Below are positions 17,150 through 25,421 of a stretch of 64,000 nucleotides of DNA, in pieces. The position numbers and the translations under genes were made by a program. Source of the stretch: Vicinamibacterales bacterium (lineage in GTDB: Bacteria > Acidobacteriota > Vicinamibacteria > Vicinamibacterales > UBA8438); assembly GCA_965242835.1 (NCBI GenBank), contig OZ251506.1:3907860-3971859 (forward strand). Direction: 5' to 3'. Every line of letters starts with the position of its first letter. Position 1 is the stretch's first letter. The notes beneath the pieces were generated by a model. That model searched no databases, had not been told where the DNA came from, and saw only the letters and a list, made by a program, of their open reading frames with translations.

Positions 17150-17490
17150 CGGCCGTTCTTTCATTGGCGCCCGGTGTCGATCCGCCTCCGGCCGCAGCCC
17201 GCGGCGCGGACCCGCTCGCCGCGCTGGTTCTTTCATTGGCGCCCGGTGTCGATCCGCCTCCCTGACGCGGCCCGCGGCGCGGACCTGCCCGACGTTGCGC
17301 CTTGCGGACCGTCCGGCTCGTCCGAGCGTCCGGCTCGTCCGGCTCCGCCGCCCCGCCCGGCTCCGCCGCCCCGCGGCGGCGTGCTATGGCCCGCGGCGCG
17401 GACCTGCCCGACGTTGCGCCTTGCGGGACCGTCCGGATCGTCCGGGCGTCCGGCTCGTCCGGCTCCGCCACCCCGCGGCGGCGTGCTATT
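17150..17490. repeat. composite intergenic repeat region
   Basis: ggccgttctttcattggcgcccggtgtcgatccgcctcc occurs twice (~17151 and ~17226). A ~119-bp unit gcccgcggcgcggacctgcccgacgttgcgccttgcgg...ggcgtgctat occurs twice (from 17270 and 17389). The first copy carries an extra internal 18-bp duplication. Confidence 0.85.
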
Positions 17491-17525
17491 CTGGCGGGGA
17501 ACGCCGCCCGCCGAGGAGGTCACCG

Positions 17526-18512
17526 ATGCAGCGCACCGCCGTCCCCGCCGCCTTCGTTCTCGCCGCCTTCGCCTTCGCCGCCCTGGCGCCGGCCGCCGCG
17601 CTCGCGCAGTCGGCCGGCTGGACGGCGCCCCGCACGGCGTGGGGCGCCCCGGACATCCAGGGCATCTGGACGAACGCCACCCTGACGCCCGTGGAGCGGC
17701 CCGCGGCGATGGCCGGCCGGGAGGTCCTGACGGCGGAGGAAGCGGCGGCGTTCGAGACGTCGTCGGCGGAGGCGCGCGCGGCCTCCGACCGCTTCATCCC
17801 CGGCAACGTCGGCGCCTACAACCAGTTCTGGATGGACAGCGGCAAGGTGGTGACGGGCGACCGCCGCACGTCGCTCGTCACCGACCCGGCCGACGGCCGC
17901 ATCCCGTGGACGCCGGCGGGGCGCGAGCGGCTGGCGTCCGACTCCGCGCGCTACGGCGTGGGGCCGTTCCACTCCTACACGGACGCCGACACCGGCGAGC
18001 GCTGCCTCACCGACGGCCTGCCCTTCGTCCCGCTGCAGGGCTACAACATGAACTACCACGTCCTGCAGTCGGAGGGCTGGGTGGTCATGCTGAACGAGAT
18101 GTTCCACGAGTTCCGGCTGATCCCGACCGACGGACGGCCGCACGTCCCGGCCCGCGTCGGCCAGTGGCTCGGCGACTCGCGCGGCCGCTGGGAGGGCGAC
18201 ACCCTGGTCGTCGAGACGGCCGCCTTCGCCGACAAGAGCCGCTACCTGTGGCGGGCGACGTGGCGCGCGGCGCGGCCCGGCCTGCGCCTGGTCGAGCGGT
18301 TCACGCGCGTCGACGACGAGACGCTGGACTACGAGTTCACGATGACCGACCCGGACATGTTCACCCGGCCGTGGACGGCGCGGGTCCCGATGACCACGGA
18401 CCACGCCTCGCGCGGGGTCACCTCCGGCCCGATGTACGAGTACGCCTGCCACGAGGGCAACTACGGTCTGCTGAACATCATGCGCGGCGCCCGCGCGGAA
18501 GACGCCCGCTAG
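17526..18512 (+). CDS. secreted YEYACHEGN-motif family protein (paralogue 2)
   Basis: Internal ATG 17526 preceded by GAGGAGG. MQRTAVPAAFVLAAFAFAALAPAAALAQ signal, then the same motif set (WTAPRTAWGAPDIQGIWTN ... YEYACHEGNYG). Confidence 0.85.
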   Translation: MQRTAVPAAFVLAAFAFAALAPAAALAQSAGWTAPRTAWGAPDIQGIWTNATLTPVERPAAMAGREVLTAEEAAAFETSSAEARAASDRFIPGNVGAYNQFWMDSGKVVTGDRRTSLVTDPADGRIPWTPAGRERLASDSARYGVGPFHSYTDADTGERCLTDGLPFVPLQGYNMNYHVLQSEGWVVMLNEMFHEFRLIPTDGRPHVPARVGQWLGDSRGRWEGDTLVVETAAFADKSRYLWRATWRAARPGLRLVERFTRVDDETLDYEFTMTDPDMFTRPWTARVPMTTDHASRGVTSGPMYEYACHEGNYGLLNIMRGARAEDAR

Positions 18513-18544
18513 GCTCCGAGCGCGCAACGGAACTGGAAAGTACC

Positions 18545-19645
18545 ATGAACAGGGATTCCGCTCGCCCGTCGCCGTCCCCCGCGCGCCGCGCGCCCCGCCG
18601 GCCGTTGAGCCGGCGCGCGTTCCTCGGCGCCGCGGTCGTCTCCGCGGCGATCGCGCCGGCGCGGGCCGCCGCGCAACGGGCGGGCCTGCCGCCGTACGAG
18701 CCGCGCGACTGGTCGGGCCGGGACCCGCTGCACTATCCCGACCCGGACGTCATCGCGCTCGACCCGCGGTTCCGGCGCTACGTCCTCTTCAACACCCCGA
18801 TCCGGCGCCACTACACCGGCACGCTGTGGGCGGAAGGGCCGGCCTGGAACGGCAGCGGCCGCTACCTGGTGTGGAGCGACATCCCGAACGACCGCCAACT
18901 GCGCTGGCTGGAGGAGGACGGCCACGTCAGCGTCTTCCGCCGCCCCGCGGGCCACAGCAACGGCAACACGTTCGACCACGAGGGACGCCAGATCTCGTGC
19001 GAGCACGGCGGCCGCCGGGTGGCGCGCTACGAACACTCCGGCGAGGTCACGGTCGTCGCCGACCGCTTCGAGGGCCGCCGCCTGAACTCGCCCAACGACG
19101 TCGTCGTCCATCCCGACCGCAGCATCTGGTTCACCGACCCGCCGTACGGCATCCGGGGCCGCTACGAGGGCCATCCGGCCGAGCAGGAGCTGCCGTTGTC
19201 GGTCTACCGCGTCGACGGCGCGAGCGGCGCGATCACCCGGGTCACCGACGAGATCGGCGCGCCGAACGGGCTCTGCTTCTCCCCCGGCTACGACCGGCTC
19301 TACGTCGCGGACACCGGCAGCGGGCAGGAAGTGAAGGTCTGGGACGTCGACGGCGAACGCCTCGTGAACGGCCGCCGCCTCGTGCAACTCTCCGTGCCGG
19401 GCGACCCCGAAGCGCGGTCGGTCGCCGACGGCATGCGCTGCGACGAGGACGGCAACGTCTGGGCGGGGGCCGTGCCGGGCGTGCAGGTCATCGCCCCGGA
19501 CGGCGACGTCATCGGCGTCGTCCGCCTGCCGGAGCGCTGCGCCAACGTCTGCTTCGGCGGAACGCGGCGCAACCGGCTGTTCATGACCGCGAGCCAGTCG
19601 CTCTACTCGGTCTACGTCGGCGTCCGCGGCGCGGGCATCGCCTGA
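18545..19645 (+). CDS. SMP-30/gluconolactonase/LRE-family protein (Tat signal)
   Basis: The last 366 codons of the artefactual 15428..19645 ORF. RRAFLGAAVVSAAIAPARA signal, then ...LWAEGPAWNGSGRYLVWSDIPNDR...NSPNDVVVHPDRSIWFTDPPYG...PNGLCFSP...LYVADTG: six-blade lactonase pattern. Confidence 0.85.
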   Translation: MNRDSARPSPSPARRAPRRPLSRRAFLGAAVVSAAIAPARAAAQRAGLPPYEPRDWSGRDPLHYPDPDVIALDPRFRRYVLFNTPIRRHYTGTLWAEGPAWNGSGRYLVWSDIPNDRQLRWLEEDGHVSVFRRPAGHSNGNTFDHEGRQISCEHGGRRVARYEHSGEVTVVADRFEGRRLNSPNDVVVHPDRSIWFTDPPYGIRGRYEGHPAEQELPLSVYRVDGASGAITRVTDEIGAPNGLCFSPGYDRLYVADTGSGQEVKVWDVDGERLVNGRRLVQLSVPGDPEARSVADGMRCDEDGNVWAGAVPGVQVIAPDGDVIGVVRLPERCANVCFGGTRRNRLFMTASQSLYSVYVGVRGAGIA

Positions 19646-19780
19646 GCAGGCGGGCCGTCCCCCCGCGGGGAAGGCATCGCCGAAAAGGCCAGCCGCGCGG
19701 CGAAGGAACGGCATCGCCGGCATCGCCGGAGAGAGCCAAACCGCGCGGCCCCGAACGCGGGCAAGCCCGGGCAAGCCCTG

Positions 19781-21229
19781 CTACGCGCGCAGGTCGTAGC
19801 AGAGAAGCCGCGGACCGGCTCCGGTGAGCAGGTCCCGCGCGTTCTGCGTCACGTAGAGCAGGCCGCGGGAGAGCACCGGCAGCCCCCACGACTCGCGGGC
19901 CGCGAAGAGCCAGCCGCGGGAGATCTCCGTGTACCCCTCGGGGGTCAGATCCATCCACAGCAGGTGCCCCATTTCGCCGAGGCACAGGAACTGCCCGTCC
20001 GCCGCGAGCAGCGACCCGCGCGCCGTGCCCAGGACCTGCTCGTACTCCCGCCCGTCGACGGTGAACCGCTCGCGCCACTGGGGAACGGCCCGCCAGGCCG
20101 TCTCCCCCGTCGCCGCGTCGATGCAGGCCAGCGAGGAATCGCCCATGTTGCGGCCGTCGAATCCGTAGAGCCAGCCGTCCCGATGCACGGGCGTGTTGAA
20201 GTGCAGCGCGAACTCCCGCGTGGTCCACGCCAACTCGGGCGTGAAGTCGGGCCGCACCGCGACGAGGGCGCCGCCGGCGCGGTAGCTCGCGGTGACGAAG
20301 ACCTTGTCGCCGAAGGCGACCGGGCACGCGGCGTTGACCGATTCGTAGGTGCGGCTGCGCCACGGAAAGGCGAAGTCCACCCGCCCGTTCGCCGGGTCGA
20401 TGGACAGGAGTCCGCCGGACGGCGGCCGCGATTCGCCGCCCGCGAAGACGAACACCCGGCGCTCGCCGTGCACGACCGCCGGCACCGGCGAGGCGTAGCT
20501 CGCCCCCCACTCGCCGCCCGCCCGCCAGACCTCCGCGCCCGTCTCGAGGTCGAACGCCGCCACCGTCGGCCCGCCCGGCGCGCCGACGTTGACGATCAGC
20601 AGCCCGCCTTCGACGAGCGGCGTCGAGCTGACGCCGAAGAAGTCCTGCCGCACGTCGTACGCGGCGCGCAGGTCGGAACGCCAGACGACGCGGCCGGTCT
20701 CCAGCTCCAGGGCGTGCAGGCGGCCCTCTGCGCCGACCGTATAGACCCGGCGGCCGGCGGCGTCGATGACCGGACTCGAGCGCGGGCCGTCGTTGTAGCC
20801 GTAGCGATCGCGGTACGCCGACGGATACCGCAGACGCCAGCGGGCGCCGCCGGTCTCGGCGTGCAGGCACTCGACGACCTCCTCGCCGCCGATCCGGTGC
20901 AGGTAGACGAGGCGGTCGCCGTGGACCGCCGGCGAAGCGTAGCCGGAACCGGCCGGCAGCTCCCAGACCAGCGGCGGGGGCAGGGTCCGGCTCAGGCGCG
21001 TCTCGGTCGAAACCGCGTCGTGGGTGGGTCCGAGAAACGACGTCCAGTCGTGCGTGACCGCGTCGGGCGCCAGCGGCCCCGGAGCGCGGTGGACGATCGC
21101 CGAACCGGTGCCGGGCTGGCCTCCGCCGCCCGGCCTCGGCCGCGCCGGCCGGCGGGCGGAAGCGTCCCGCGCCGCCAGCAGCGGCGCCGCCAGCGCGCCG
21201 AGCGCCGAGCGCCGCGACAGGTTCCGCAT
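19781..21229 (-). CDS. PQQ-like beta-propeller repeat protein
   Basis: Internal ATG 21229 (MRNLSRRSALGALAAPLLAARDASA signal). Repeated ...G..VW... / A.D..TG...W propeller motifs over 482 aa. Confidence 0.8.
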   Translation of the reverse strand: MRNLSRRSALGALAAPLLAARDASARRPARPRPGGGGQPGTGSAIVHRAPGPLAPDAVTHDWTSFLGPTHDAVSTETRLSRTLPPPLVWELPAGSGYASPAVHGDRLVYLHRIGGEEVVECLHAETGGARWRLRYPSAYRDRYGYNDGPRSSPVIDAAGRRVYTVGAEGRLHALELETGRVVWRSDLRAAYDVRQDFFGVSSTPLVEGGLLIVNVGAPGGPTVAAFDLETGAEVWRAGGEWGASYASPVPAVVHGERRVFVFAGGESRPPSGGLLSIDPANGRVDFAFPWRSRTYESVNAACPVAFGDKVFVTASYRAGGALVAVRPDFTPELAWTTREFALHFNTPVHRDGWLYGFDGRNMGDSSLACIDAATGETAWRAVPQWRERFTVDGREYEQVLGTARGSLLAADGQFLCLGEMGHLLWMDLTPEGYTEISRGWLFAARESWGLPVLSRGLLYVTQNARDLLTGAGPRLLCYDLRA

Positions 21230-21282
21230 CGGGACACCCGTTCGCCCGCCCCGCACGAGTCCGCGCCGTTCCACGGCAGCCC

Positions 21283-21741
21283 CTAGTGCGGGCGGTGCGA
21301 CAGCACCAGGAACGCGCCGGCCGCGGCCATCAGGATGCCGAGGAAGAACAGCGGCGACGGGCTCTCCCGCGGCGGGTTGTAGAGCATGGCCACGAAGACG
21401 CTGACCACCGGGGCGCCGGCGAAGACCAGCGGCGGCACCACGTTCGGGCGCCCGCCGTTGGCCAGGGCCAGCACGATGCCGAGCGCGCCCACGGCGCCGA
21501 GCACGCCGGCGGCGAAGGTGAACGCCATGCCGCCGGTGTTGCCGGTGAACACGCTCCACGACCCGGCGCGGGCGACCATCAGCCCCGGCACGGCGATGGC
21601 CACGAGCACGTAGGCCAGCCCCACCATCAGAAAGGCGTGCACGCCGCTGCCGCCCAGCGTGCTCTGGCCGCGGTGCAGCGTCGGAATGTAGGTTCCCCAG
21701 CTCAGCACCGTCAGCACGACGAAAGGCAACCAGGAACGCAT
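21283..21741 (-). CDS. small multi-pass membrane protein (DMT/EamA-like half-size)
   Basis: Internal ATG 21741 with GGAGGA 8 nt upstream. 152 aa, 4-5 hydrophobic helices (MRSWLPFVVLTVLSWGTYIP...LFFLGILMAAAGAFLVL). Confidence 0.6.
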   Translation of the reverse strand: MRSWLPFVVLTVLSWGTYIPTLHRGQSTLGGSGVHAFLMVGLAYVLVAIAVPGLMVARAGSWSVFTGNTGGMAFTFAAGVLGAVGALGIVLALANGGRPNVVPPLVFAGAPVVSVFVAMLYNPPRESPSPLFFLGILMAAAGAFLVLSHRPH

Positions 21742-21860
21742 GGACGATCTTCCTCCGGGAAAACGGGGACAGAAGAAAAGGCCCGCCCCAGCGCGCTGAG
21801 ACGGGCCCGCGAAGTCGCGTGTCGGGACCGGCGCGGCGCGCCGGCCGGCGGGGTCCGGCG

Positions 21861-22862
21861 TCAGCGGACCGACGTCACGGCCTGCGTGTCCTTGCGCCGC
21901 GCGCCGGCCATGATGCCGTGCATCCCGATGTTGCCCTCGTGGCAGGCGTACTCGAAGAGCGGGCCGTCGGTCCGGCGCAGCGGCATCATCGCCGTCCACG
22001 GCCGCGCGAAGTTGTTCGGGTCCTCGACCGTGAACTCGTACGCCACGGTGTCGGCGTCGATCCGCCGGAAGCGCTCGACCAGGAACGTGTCCTTCGACGA
22101 ACCGCCCAGGCTGGTCTCCCGCAGGAAGTTCTTCGTCTCGACGACCAGGGTCTCCCCTTCCCAGCGCCCGCGCGAGTCGCCCGACCACTGCCGGAGCGCG
22201 CCGTGCGGCCGGCCGTCGACGGGGATGATGCGCGCGTTGTGCACCATCTCGTTCAGGATGACCACGTAGCCGGGGACCTGGAGGATCTGGACGTTGTTGT
22301 TGTAGGCGCTCGAGACCATCGGGGGGCCGGCGTTGAAGCCCATGATGCAGCGGTCCGCGAGGCTCCGGTCCGTGTAGTGGTCCGCGAAGCCGTTACGCAG
22401 GTTGAGGCGCCGAATCCGCGACGCCTGCTGGTACTCCGGCTTGAACGGGATGCGCCCGTCCGGCGGGTCGACGACCAGCGACGTCCGCTTGTCGGAGGTC
22501 AGCTCGATGCCCCGCTCGTACCAGAACTCGTTGTACGACAGCACGCCGCCCTCGGCCCGCGACTGGTAGCCGGCGTTCGGCGCGCCGGTCTCCGGGTCGA
22601 ACAGGTCGCGGTTCAGCCGGATGCGCTCGGAGGCCTCGAACTGGGCCGCCTCCTCGGCGCCGAGCCTCTCCCGGCCCTCGAGCGCCGCGGGGCGCTGCAG
22701 CGGGGTCAGGGTCCGGAAGGTGAAGATGCCGGAGATGTGCGGCTGGCCGTCCGGCGTCCGCATGGCCGCTTCCGACCCGGCCGACTGCGCGCCGGCGGAA
22801 AGGGGCGCCGCCACCGCCGCAACGAGCGCCGCCGCGATGACCGTCACGAATCGCTGACTCAT
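21861..22862 (-). CDS. secreted YEYACHEGN-motif family protein (paralogue 3)
   Basis: ATG 22862 with GGAGGA upstream. MSQRFVTVIAAALVAAVAAPLSAGAQS signal; ...SYNEFWYERG...DGRPHGALRQWSGDSRGRWEGETLVVET...FEYACHEGNIGMHGIMAGARRK. Confidence 0.85.
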   Translation of the reverse strand: MSQRFVTVIAAALVAAVAAPLSAGAQSAGSEAAMRTPDGQPHISGIFTFRTLTPLQRPAALEGRERLGAEEAAQFEASERIRLNRDLFDPETGAPNAGYQSRAEGGVLSYNEFWYERGIELTSDKRTSLVVDPPDGRIPFKPEYQQASRIRRLNLRNGFADHYTDRSLADRCIMGFNAGPPMVSSAYNNNVQILQVPGYVVILNEMVHNARIIPVDGRPHGALRQWSGDSRGRWEGETLVVETKNFLRETSLGGSSKDTFLVERFRRIDADTVAYEFTVEDPNNFARPWTAMMPLRRTDGPLFEYACHEGNIGMHGIMAGARRKDTQAVTSVR

Positions 22863-22919
22863 CTGCAAGTCCTCCATCCGCTCCAAGCGGAAACGTCGAT
22901 CCTACCCGGAATCGGCCGG

Positions 22920-23100
22920 CCGTTCAACGGCGCCCGGCGGACGGGCGGCCGGCGCACCTGGACGGCGGCACGCACGACGGCCGGGCCGCCCCGTTCAACG
23001 GCGCCCGGCGGACGGGCGGCCGGCGGGAGGCCCGTCGCGCAACTCGGCATCCTCGGCGCCGACGCGGAGCGTTCAACGGCGCGCGGTGGACGGGCGGCCG
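22920..23100. repeat. three spaced ~33-nt direct repeats upstream of paralogue 3
   Basis: ccgttcaacggcgcccggcggacgggcggccggcg at 22920 and 22991 (identical), and a diverged copy gcgttcaacggcgcgcggtggacgggcggccg at 23069. Spacing 71 and 78 bp. A related single copy lies near 25354, and related cattggcgcccggtg motifs near 17160/17235. Confidence 0.8.
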
Positions 23101-23191
23101 TCGAAGGCCCCGGGCGCGAGACCGCTCGCGGGCCGTTCCCGCTCCCGGCGCGGTGGCTGGTCCCGACCGTGCCCGCGATCCGCACCTGGGA

Positions 23192-23220
23192 TTGACAAAT
23201 CATCATTCATTGACTACACT
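23192..23220 (+). promoter_or_regulatory. near-consensus sigma70-type promoter for the toxin-antitoxin pair
   Basis: TTGACA (23192-23197), 17 nt, TACACT (23215-23220), in an AT-richer patch ~110 bp upstream of the DUF4258 gene. Confidence 0.45.
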
Positions 23221-23327
23221 ATGCCTCACGAACCCGAGGTGGTTCAGTGCAGAACATCCGGGAATTAAGTCTTGTCAGAAACAGAACAGGAGGCCCCCGA
23301 TGAACCCACGCTCACGAGGAGAGTGGC

Positions 23328-23606
23328 ATGATCGCCAGTGACTCGCTTGACCCGAACACCGCCAAACGAGTGATTCGGGACTGCATCACCCGCGGTAGCC
23401 TGAGATGGTCGAACCACGCGCTCGAACGGATTCCGGAGCGGGGACTCACGACGGTCGACTGCGTCAACGCGTTGAAGTCCGGCGTGGTAGATCCCCCGGA
23501 ATGGGAGAACGGCTCGTGGCGGTACCGCGTGCGCTCCGGGGAGGTCACCGTGGTGGTCGCGTTCCGCGGCGCGCGGGAAGTGACCGTGATAACGGCATGG
23601 CGGTGA
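23328..23606 (+). CDS. DUF4258-domain toxin-like protein
   Basis: ...LRWSNHALERIPERGLTTVDCVNALKSGVVDPPEWENGSWRYRVRSGEVTVVVAFRGAREVTVITAWR matches the DUF4258 pattern. GGAG lies 6 nt upstream. Followed 7 nt later by an MqsA-type gene. Confidence 0.75.
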   Translation: MIASDSLDPNTAKRVIRDCITRGSLRWSNHALERIPERGLTTVDCVNALKSGVVDPPEWENGSWRYRVRSGEVTVVVAFRGAREVTVITAWR

Positions 23607-23613
23607 CGACGGC

Positions 23614-24120
23614 ATGACGGACGACGACAAGACCCTGACGTGTTTCGGCTGCGGCCACGGGATGACCTCCGGGCCGGAGAACGTCCGGTACGACGCGTGC
23701 GGGCTGCCGGGGGTCACCCTCGTCGGCGTCGAGGTCAGCCGTTGCGGCCATTGTGGCCGGTACGAGGTCGCGATTCCGCGGATCGAGGAGCTGCACCGCG
23801 TGATGGCCCTCGCCCTCGTCCGCAAGTCCGCGCGCCTGACGCCGGCCGAGATTCGCTTCCTCCGCACCACCCTGGGGTGGTCCGGCCGGGAGCTGGCCGA
23901 CCACATGGGCGCCGCGGCCGAAACCGTCTCCCGCTGGGAACACGGCAAGACCCCGATGGGGCCGCAGGCCGACCGCCTCCTGCGCCTCATGGTCCTGCAC
24001 GGGACGCCGCCGGAGTTCTTCGCTCTCTCGCACCTGAAGGACGTCGCGAGACGGGCGCCGGCCGACCTGCGCGCGCGGCTGGTCGCCGGCAAGGCGGGCT
24101 GGACCACGGAAGCCGCCTGA
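23614..24120 (+). CDS. MqsA-family antitoxin (YgiT-type zinc finger + XRE HTH)
   Basis: CFGCGHG...RCGHCGRYEVAIP zinc ribbon, then LTPAEIRFLRTTLGWSGRELADHMGAAAETVSRWEHGKTP HTH. Confidence 0.8.
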   Translation: MTDDDKTLTCFGCGHGMTSGPENVRYDACGLPGVTLVGVEVSRCGHCGRYEVAIPRIEELHRVMALALVRKSARLTPAEIRFLRTTLGWSGRELADHMGAAAETVSRWEHGKTPMGPQADRLLRLMVLHGTPPEFFALSHLKDVARRAPADLRARLVAGKAGWTTEAA

Positions 24121-24198
24121 TCGCCCGGCGGCGGCCCGCTCCGGGAAGTCCGGAGACGGGCCGCGCCCGGCGGGCGGTCCGCGCGGCTTCGCCCGCGG

Positions 24199-25194
24199 TC
24201 AGCGGATCTCGCCGACGCGCTGCGTGTCCTTGCGGCGCGCGCCCGCCATGATGCCGTGCATCCCGATGTTGCCCTCGTGGCAGGCGTACTCGAACAGCGG
24301 GCCGTCGGTGCGCCGCAACGGCATCAACGCGGTCCAGGGGCCGGTCAGGTTGTTGGGGTCCTCGACGGTGAACTCGTACATCACGGTGTCGGGGTCGACG
24401 CGGCGGAAGCGCTCGACGACGCGGGTGTCCTTCGACGAACCGCGCAGGCTGGTCTCCGTGATGAAGTCGTGCGTCTCGACCACGAACGTCTCGCCGTCCC
24501 AGCGGCCGCGGGACTCGCCCGACCACTGCCGCAGGCCGTGGCGCGGCGCGTCGTCGTCGACGGGGATGATCCGCGGGTTGTGCACCATCTCGTTGTAGAT
24601 CACCACGTAGCCGGGGATCTGCAGGATCTGGACGTTGTTGTTGTAGGAGGCCGCGGTCATCGGCGGCCCGGCGTTGAAGCCGAGGATGCAGCGGTCGGAC
24701 AGGCTGCGGTCCGTGTAGTGGTCCGCGAAGCCGTTGCGCAGGTTGAGGCGGCGGATGCGCCGTGCCTCGCGGTGCTCGTCGGTGTACGGGATGCGGCCGT
24801 CCGGCGGGTCGACGATCAGCGCCGTCCGCTTGTCGGCGGTCAGCTCGATGCCCCTCTCGTACCAGAACTCGTTGTACGACAGCACGCCGCCCTCGGCCCG
24901 CGACTGGTAGCCCGCGCTCGGCGCCCCGGTCTCCGGGTCGAACAGGTCGCGGTTCAGCCGGATGCGCTCGGAGGCCTCGAACTGCGCCGCCTCCTCGACG
25001 CTCAGCCGCTCGCGCCCTTCCAGGGCCGCCGGCCGCTCCAGCGGCGTCAGCGTGCGGAAGGTGAAGGTGCCCGAGATGTGCGGCTGCCCGTCGGGGGTCC
25101 GCATCTCGCCGCCGCCCGACTGCGCGGCGGCCGGCTGCGCAAGCAGCGCAACGGCCGCCAGCGCGAAGAACGCCGTCGTCACACGATGTCGCAT
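24199..25194 (-). CDS. secreted YEYACHEGN-motif family protein (paralogue 4)
   Basis: ATG 25194 with GGAG upstream. MRHRVTTAFFALAAVALLAQPAAAQ signal. Highly similar to paralogue 3 (…RTPDGQPHISGTFTFRTLTPLERP…FEYACHEGNIGMHGIMAGARRK). Confidence 0.85.
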   Translation of the reverse strand: MRHRVTTAFFALAAVALLAQPAAAQSGGGEMRTPDGQPHISGTFTFRTLTPLERPAALEGRERLSVEEAAQFEASERIRLNRDLFDPETGAPSAGYQSRAEGGVLSYNEFWYERGIELTADKRTALIVDPPDGRIPYTDEHREARRIRRLNLRNGFADHYTDRSLSDRCILGFNAGPPMTAASYNNNVQILQIPGYVVIYNEMVHNPRIIPVDDDAPRHGLRQWSGESRGRWDGETFVVETHDFITETSLRGSSKDTRVVERFRRVDPDTVMYEFTVEDPNNLTGPWTALMPLRRTDGPLFEYACHEGNIGMHGIMAGARRKDTQRVGEIR

Positions 25195-25421
25195 CGATTC
25201 GTCTCCTTCAAGTCCGTCTCCGTTCGACGTTTCCACCGCATCGGCGCGCCGGACGCGCCGATGCAGCCGACTGCGCCGGGACCGTCCGCGTTCTTCGACG
25301 CCGGGAATCCGCGCGCGAACGCCTCCGCCGCTCCCGTATCGTAACGCGGCGCGCCGGAGCGTTCAACCGCGACCCGGGGCGAGCGCCACCGGCCGCGGGG
25401 GCGGACGGCCGCATCACCTTC

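Noticed and set aside
15428-19645. 1405-aa + strand ORF
   Set aside because: Only the last 366 codons (from ATG 18545, lactonase-like) look like protein. The upstream part is antisense or out of frame to other genes and crosses intergenic repeats.
22920-23100. Possible 3-repeat CRISPR array
   Set aside because: There are only three copies, the third is diverged, and spacing is irregular (71/78). Related single motifs lie upstream of paralogous genes, which is more consistent with regulatory or REP-like sites. It is kept as a repeat and a low-interest finding.
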